From: Glycera tridactyla
Taxonomy: Eukaryota
Assembly: GCA_965644265.1 (NCBI GenBank)
Contig: OZ286460.1
Coordinates: 124,496,001 to 124,560,000, forward strand
Length of the DNA stretch: 64,000 nt
Direction of reading: 5' to 3'
The position numbers and the translations under genes are program-made. The notes under the pieces were generated by a model. It was not told the origin of the DNA, searched no databases, and saw only the letters and a program-made list of their open reading frames with translations. Positions 60,250 through 64,000 of this stretch are shown in pieces (position 1 is the stretch's first letter; every line of letters begins with the position of its first letter).

Positions 60250-62155
60250 TAGCTGTGTTAATTGATAGAGTGTTCTTGAAAATTATCAACAAAGAGCCCT
60301 TTCGGTCTCAAGTAATAGTGGTCAGTCAAGGTCTCGGAGTCGCCACCTTGTGGAGCAAGTGTCAATCAAATAGTTGATCGAGCGGGTACTTCGTACGCCA
60401 CCTGTTGACAGATGGTTACTTCTGATTACTCTGATCCGTAGATGTCACTGTTGCTACCGGCTGTTAGTCTCTAGAGAGAGATCACCGGGCTAACAAAAAG
60501 TCGAGTATCTCTATCCACTAATACTAAACAACTCTAGTGATCCTTGTTTGTAGTGCACTCTGTGTGTTCACTTGGTAACACAGAAGGTAGACTCAGGTTC
60601 CCTATATTCAACCAGCGAACATTGATGAAGGTCGAAGGTTTCCTGACATCAACTCTTACTCAGTCAGTCAACTGAAGTGCAAATGTAACTCCTGTGGCAG
60701 AAGTGTCAGTCTGTCAGTCAAGTGTCTTGGTCCAATGTAGAGTAGTCCGTTAATGTAGTCAATTGATCGTATCAATCAATCAATCAATGCTTGTTGGGAA
60801 ATAAAAAAACAAACTCGCTTTGGCTATGCTTTAAACAAAATTGGGTCCGGAGACACCAGCTGAGTGAGGCAGGGGAAGGTAGAACCGGCGGGTAATGCTT
60901 CAAACAATACTCTCCCAACAACACACTAAGAATGAACTGACTTCGTCAATCAACAGACGCAGAGTTCTGATCAAGTCCAATCCAATGAACCGCTAAACTA
61001 TCAACTAGAACTTTAGCTGACCACCAACTAGATCCAATCAGGCACTACTCGACTAGCAACTGGTTGTGCTCGAACGAATGAACAATCAAAATGTGCTTCC
61101 AAACGCTGGGTAATATATGTGGCCCACTGAATCAGGCCTGCTAATGCTTCATACAAAGCTCGTCGTTCTTAGCTGGTTAATCTACTGGGTCGGTGCTCAC
61201 TGTGTGTGTGTTGATAGTGCGTACGTCCACTGTGCGTGCGCTGACTGTGCATGCGTTCGTCATGCGTGTGCTGACTGTGTGAGCGTCCACTGCATGCGCT
61301 CACCGCGCATGCGTCCGCTGACCGTGCGTGCGTCCGCTGATCATCCGAGTGCTGGTGAGTCGTATAAAATCCTGGCAAATGCAGCAGAGAGGCGATGGTG
61401 GCTTCGGCTTGGAGAAGGTATTCAGTTTCCGGTGTTTCGCGGTATTTTTGTGTTTCGTGTGTTGGGTGTCGAGCTCGCTTTTGCGGCCCCTTTTATAATG
61501 CATTTCGAGGTATTGCACCACCATGGTGCAATCCAAAATCAAACATGGTATTGCCACTTCCGTTTGACTGTCCATGATGTCATTAATAACCAATCATTGG
61601 CAAGTCTCGTAGTTTCTCGGATGTTAACGGATCCGTGGCCCCAGTGGGAGTTAACGCGAATCCCATAAGTGCCCTGCGGTCAGTATTGATTTATGTGATT
61701 TATGTAATCTTGACAGATATGTTACTGATAATAGCAGATCGGCGCCTCGGCGTGCCAGGCAGTGCCAGGTACTTCGAACCCTGATCCTGCGGCACACTTT
61801 TACCCTATTCCCGTTAATGGGTTGTGATAACGAGGCTGTGGTCAGCCAAGGCTCTCTCTAGGGGTAAATATGTGAACCATATGTCAGTGCCGGTCTTATA
61901 TCAAGAAGTCGGGGGTTCGTGACTTCTATAGTTACCCTGCATTTTTGATGGTCCAGGGTACCCGGGGCGGGATGTGTAGGCCGGTGCCGATCAGTCTGCT
62001 AACCGCACGTCAAAGAATTATGAAATGGTCAGTTGCCTGTATCTTTCAATTGGGAGTAATCCGATGATCAGTTGGTGGTCGTGTGCCTGAGTCAATAATC
62101 GTTAAGAATTGTGTAGCAGTGGTAACAGTTTAATAGCCGTGGTACACGGCTATAT
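60250..62155 (-). repeat. Putative 5' LTR of the outer Gypsy element (may extend to lower coordinates)
   Basis: Colinear with 1-2380. Extent below 60250 cannot be tested because the partner copy leaves the window. Confidence 0.85.
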
Positions 62156-62159
62156 TAAA

Positions 62160-62400
62160 CTACTACTACTACTACAACAACTACTACAAATACTACTACT
62201 ACTACCACCACCTCTAACACTACCACTACTACTGCCACTACTACTACTAAAATGATGACGACGACAAGGACAACGACGACAAGGACAAAGACAACAACGA
62301 CGACGACAATGACATCAGTGTCGTATTTTCGTCACCATCGTCATCATTGCCATCGTCGTCTTTGTTGTTGTCATCTTCGCTACAGTTCTACCGCTGCTAT
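62160..62400. repeat. Microsatellite block (TAC)n then (GAC)n/(GTC)n
   Basis: Read directly; flanks the right repeat end. Confidence 0.8.
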
Positions 62401-63089
62401 CGCTGCTGCAACCCTGTGCATTCACAAGCCGGAGCATTTGTGTTATTTGTCGATGCGAACAGACAATGCAGCGAAGCGTGTCATCGGCAGATTGCTTTCT
62501 TCAGTGAAGGATAGATATACCCAGTACCACTACTGACCATGGAAGACTGGTGACACCTTGCTAGAGAAACGTTCCCAGCATGCAAACGAATTGCGGTGCT
62601 CATCCAGCACACACAGCCCTGCCACTGCTTGGATCGTCATTCAACTGTTTCGAAAGCCTCACTCATTCTTACACTAGCTACCATCCTTCGACAGATCGCA
62701 GCTAGTCTCATGTGATCTGTATACCTTAGAAGAGGAGTACGCCATCATTTCATAGCATTTTTACGACGAATCCGCCGGCATTATCGTCCGGTCTCTCTTA
62801 AGTGAAAAAATGGAGATACAGCCGCCGCACCTGCCGCGAAACCAGCGTGAAATTGACATATTCAGCGTTCTGAGGAGAAATAAACATGGGAACCTCGGCG
62901 CGATCACATTTCCAGTAGCCAGAGATGTCAACAATGTCTGTGTGCAAGTTTCATTTCAATCTGAAGTGGATTTGCGATGCGAGGGCGAAAAACGTACCCG
63001 CCACGGTTAAGCCAGACAGACTTTATTCCACGGGTTAAGAAATGCGATTCTGATCATTTTCGAAGAGAAAAATAGATTAGTCTTTTAGA

Positions 63090-63154
63090 GGTTTTGAACC
63101 CATTCTTTCCGGGTACTGAAGCAGCACCCCAACCAGTCAGGCCACGGGAGACCC
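63090..63154 (-). mobile_element. Possible tRNA-derived SINE head
   Basis: On the minus strand, an A-box-like TGGCCTGACTGG and a B-box-like GGTTCAAAACC at tRNA-like spacing. No full cloverleaf. Confidence 0.35.
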
Positions 63155-63269
63155 AAGGTCTCATGTGAGTCGGGGAGATTGTGGCGGTCAGTTGACCTTG
63201 TAGTCCTTATTTTCACGTTTTCTCTATCCCTACAACTATCCTTCTATTCCATCGATCATCCATGACCAA

Positions 63270-63725
63270 TCTACTTTGTCAATCAATCAACCTACTCTGT
63301 CAATCAATCAATCTACTCTGTCAATCATTCAATCTACTCTGTCAATCAATCAGCCTGCTCAATCAATCAATCAACTGATACCTACAACCCTACTCACTCA
63401 CTCACTCAATCAATCAATCAATCAATCATTTTGTCACTCACTCACTTAATCACACACTCAATCACTNNNNNNNNNNNNNNNNNNNNNNNNNNNNNNNNNN
63501 NNNNNNNNNNNNNNNNNNNNNNNNNNNNNNNNNNNNNNNNNNNNNNNNNNNNNNNNNNNNNNNNNNNNNNNNNNNNNNNNNNNNNNNNNNNNNNNNNNNN
63601 NNNNNNNNNNNNNNNNNNNNNNNNNNNNNNNNNNNNNNNNNNNNNNNNNNNNNNNNNNNNNNCTCTCTCTTCCAGCTGACTCTCTCATAACACCCACACA
63701 CACACACACACACACCTCACACACA
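63270..63725. repeat. (TCAA)n/(TCAC)n and (CA)n microsatellites around an assembly gap
   Basis: Read directly; N run at about 63467-63662. Confidence 0.85.
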
Positions 63726-64000
63726 TTTTCATCACATTATGGGATTTCTGAAGGATATGATGTTTGTGTATTACTTAGAAGGGGTTTTGTTAGAAATTCA
63801 GTATTTCTACATGTAACCAGTCAGAATCTCTCCTCCAGCAGGAAACATCTTATTTCCTGAGAAGCAGTTTCAGCCAGTTTCTCCACTGAATTCAAAAGCC
63901 CTTTGTTTGGGTCATGCAAGCTATCCCTCAATTATCTGTTGTTTCCCCTTCCCGATTTGAAACACAACTTGCATCATTTTGAATGCCCTAGCATCCTGTA

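Larger units (their letters stand above)
1..62155 (-). mobile_element. Outer env-bearing Ty3/Gypsy LTR retrotransposon, decayed and interrupted by nested insertions; left end runs off the window
   Basis: Direct repeats 1-2380 and 60250-62155 flank minus-strand gag (CCHC knuckles), protease (DTGA), RT, RNase H, integrase (HHCC, DDE, GPF) and env in Gypsy order. Confidence 0.88.

Noticed and set aside
62252-63724. Possible host gene exons at the right end
   Set aside because: Only short or low-complexity ORFs and ORFs spanning N gaps; no supported exon structure.

Overview
Metazoan genomic DNA (probably a marine invertebrate; host not identifiable) with no host gene. Almost the whole window is a nested stack of mobile elements. 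(1) An outer env-bearing Ty3/Gypsy LTR retrotransposon on the minus strand. Its direct repeats lie at 1-2380 and 60250-62155 (about 90% identical by eye), with gag-pro-RT/RH-IN-env at 56745 down to 4028. (2) Its env is split by a 40.45-kb Academ-like DNA transposon (4714-45166; TAGTCC termini, TGC target duplication). Removing it restores the env frame. (3) Inside the Academ are a second, decayed env-bearing Gypsy element (about 14390-29960, minus), a small TIR element, and two divergent CR1/L2-group LINEs on the plus strand (A about 5900-14381, B 31775-43688). Both LINEs have the same unusual three-gene layout: RRM-type ORF1, a separate SGNH esterase ORF, a long non-coding spacer, then APE-RT. 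Best candidate for an undescribed system: these three-ORF LINEs. Element A has a predicted in-frame GT-AG intron in its esterase gene. Element B has about 16 co-oriented copies of a 23-nt bulged hairpin motif in its spacer and 3' UTR. Both Gypsy elements also carry a GC-rich antisense ORF remnant between pol and env. All family assignments come from motif recognition by eye; no database search was run.
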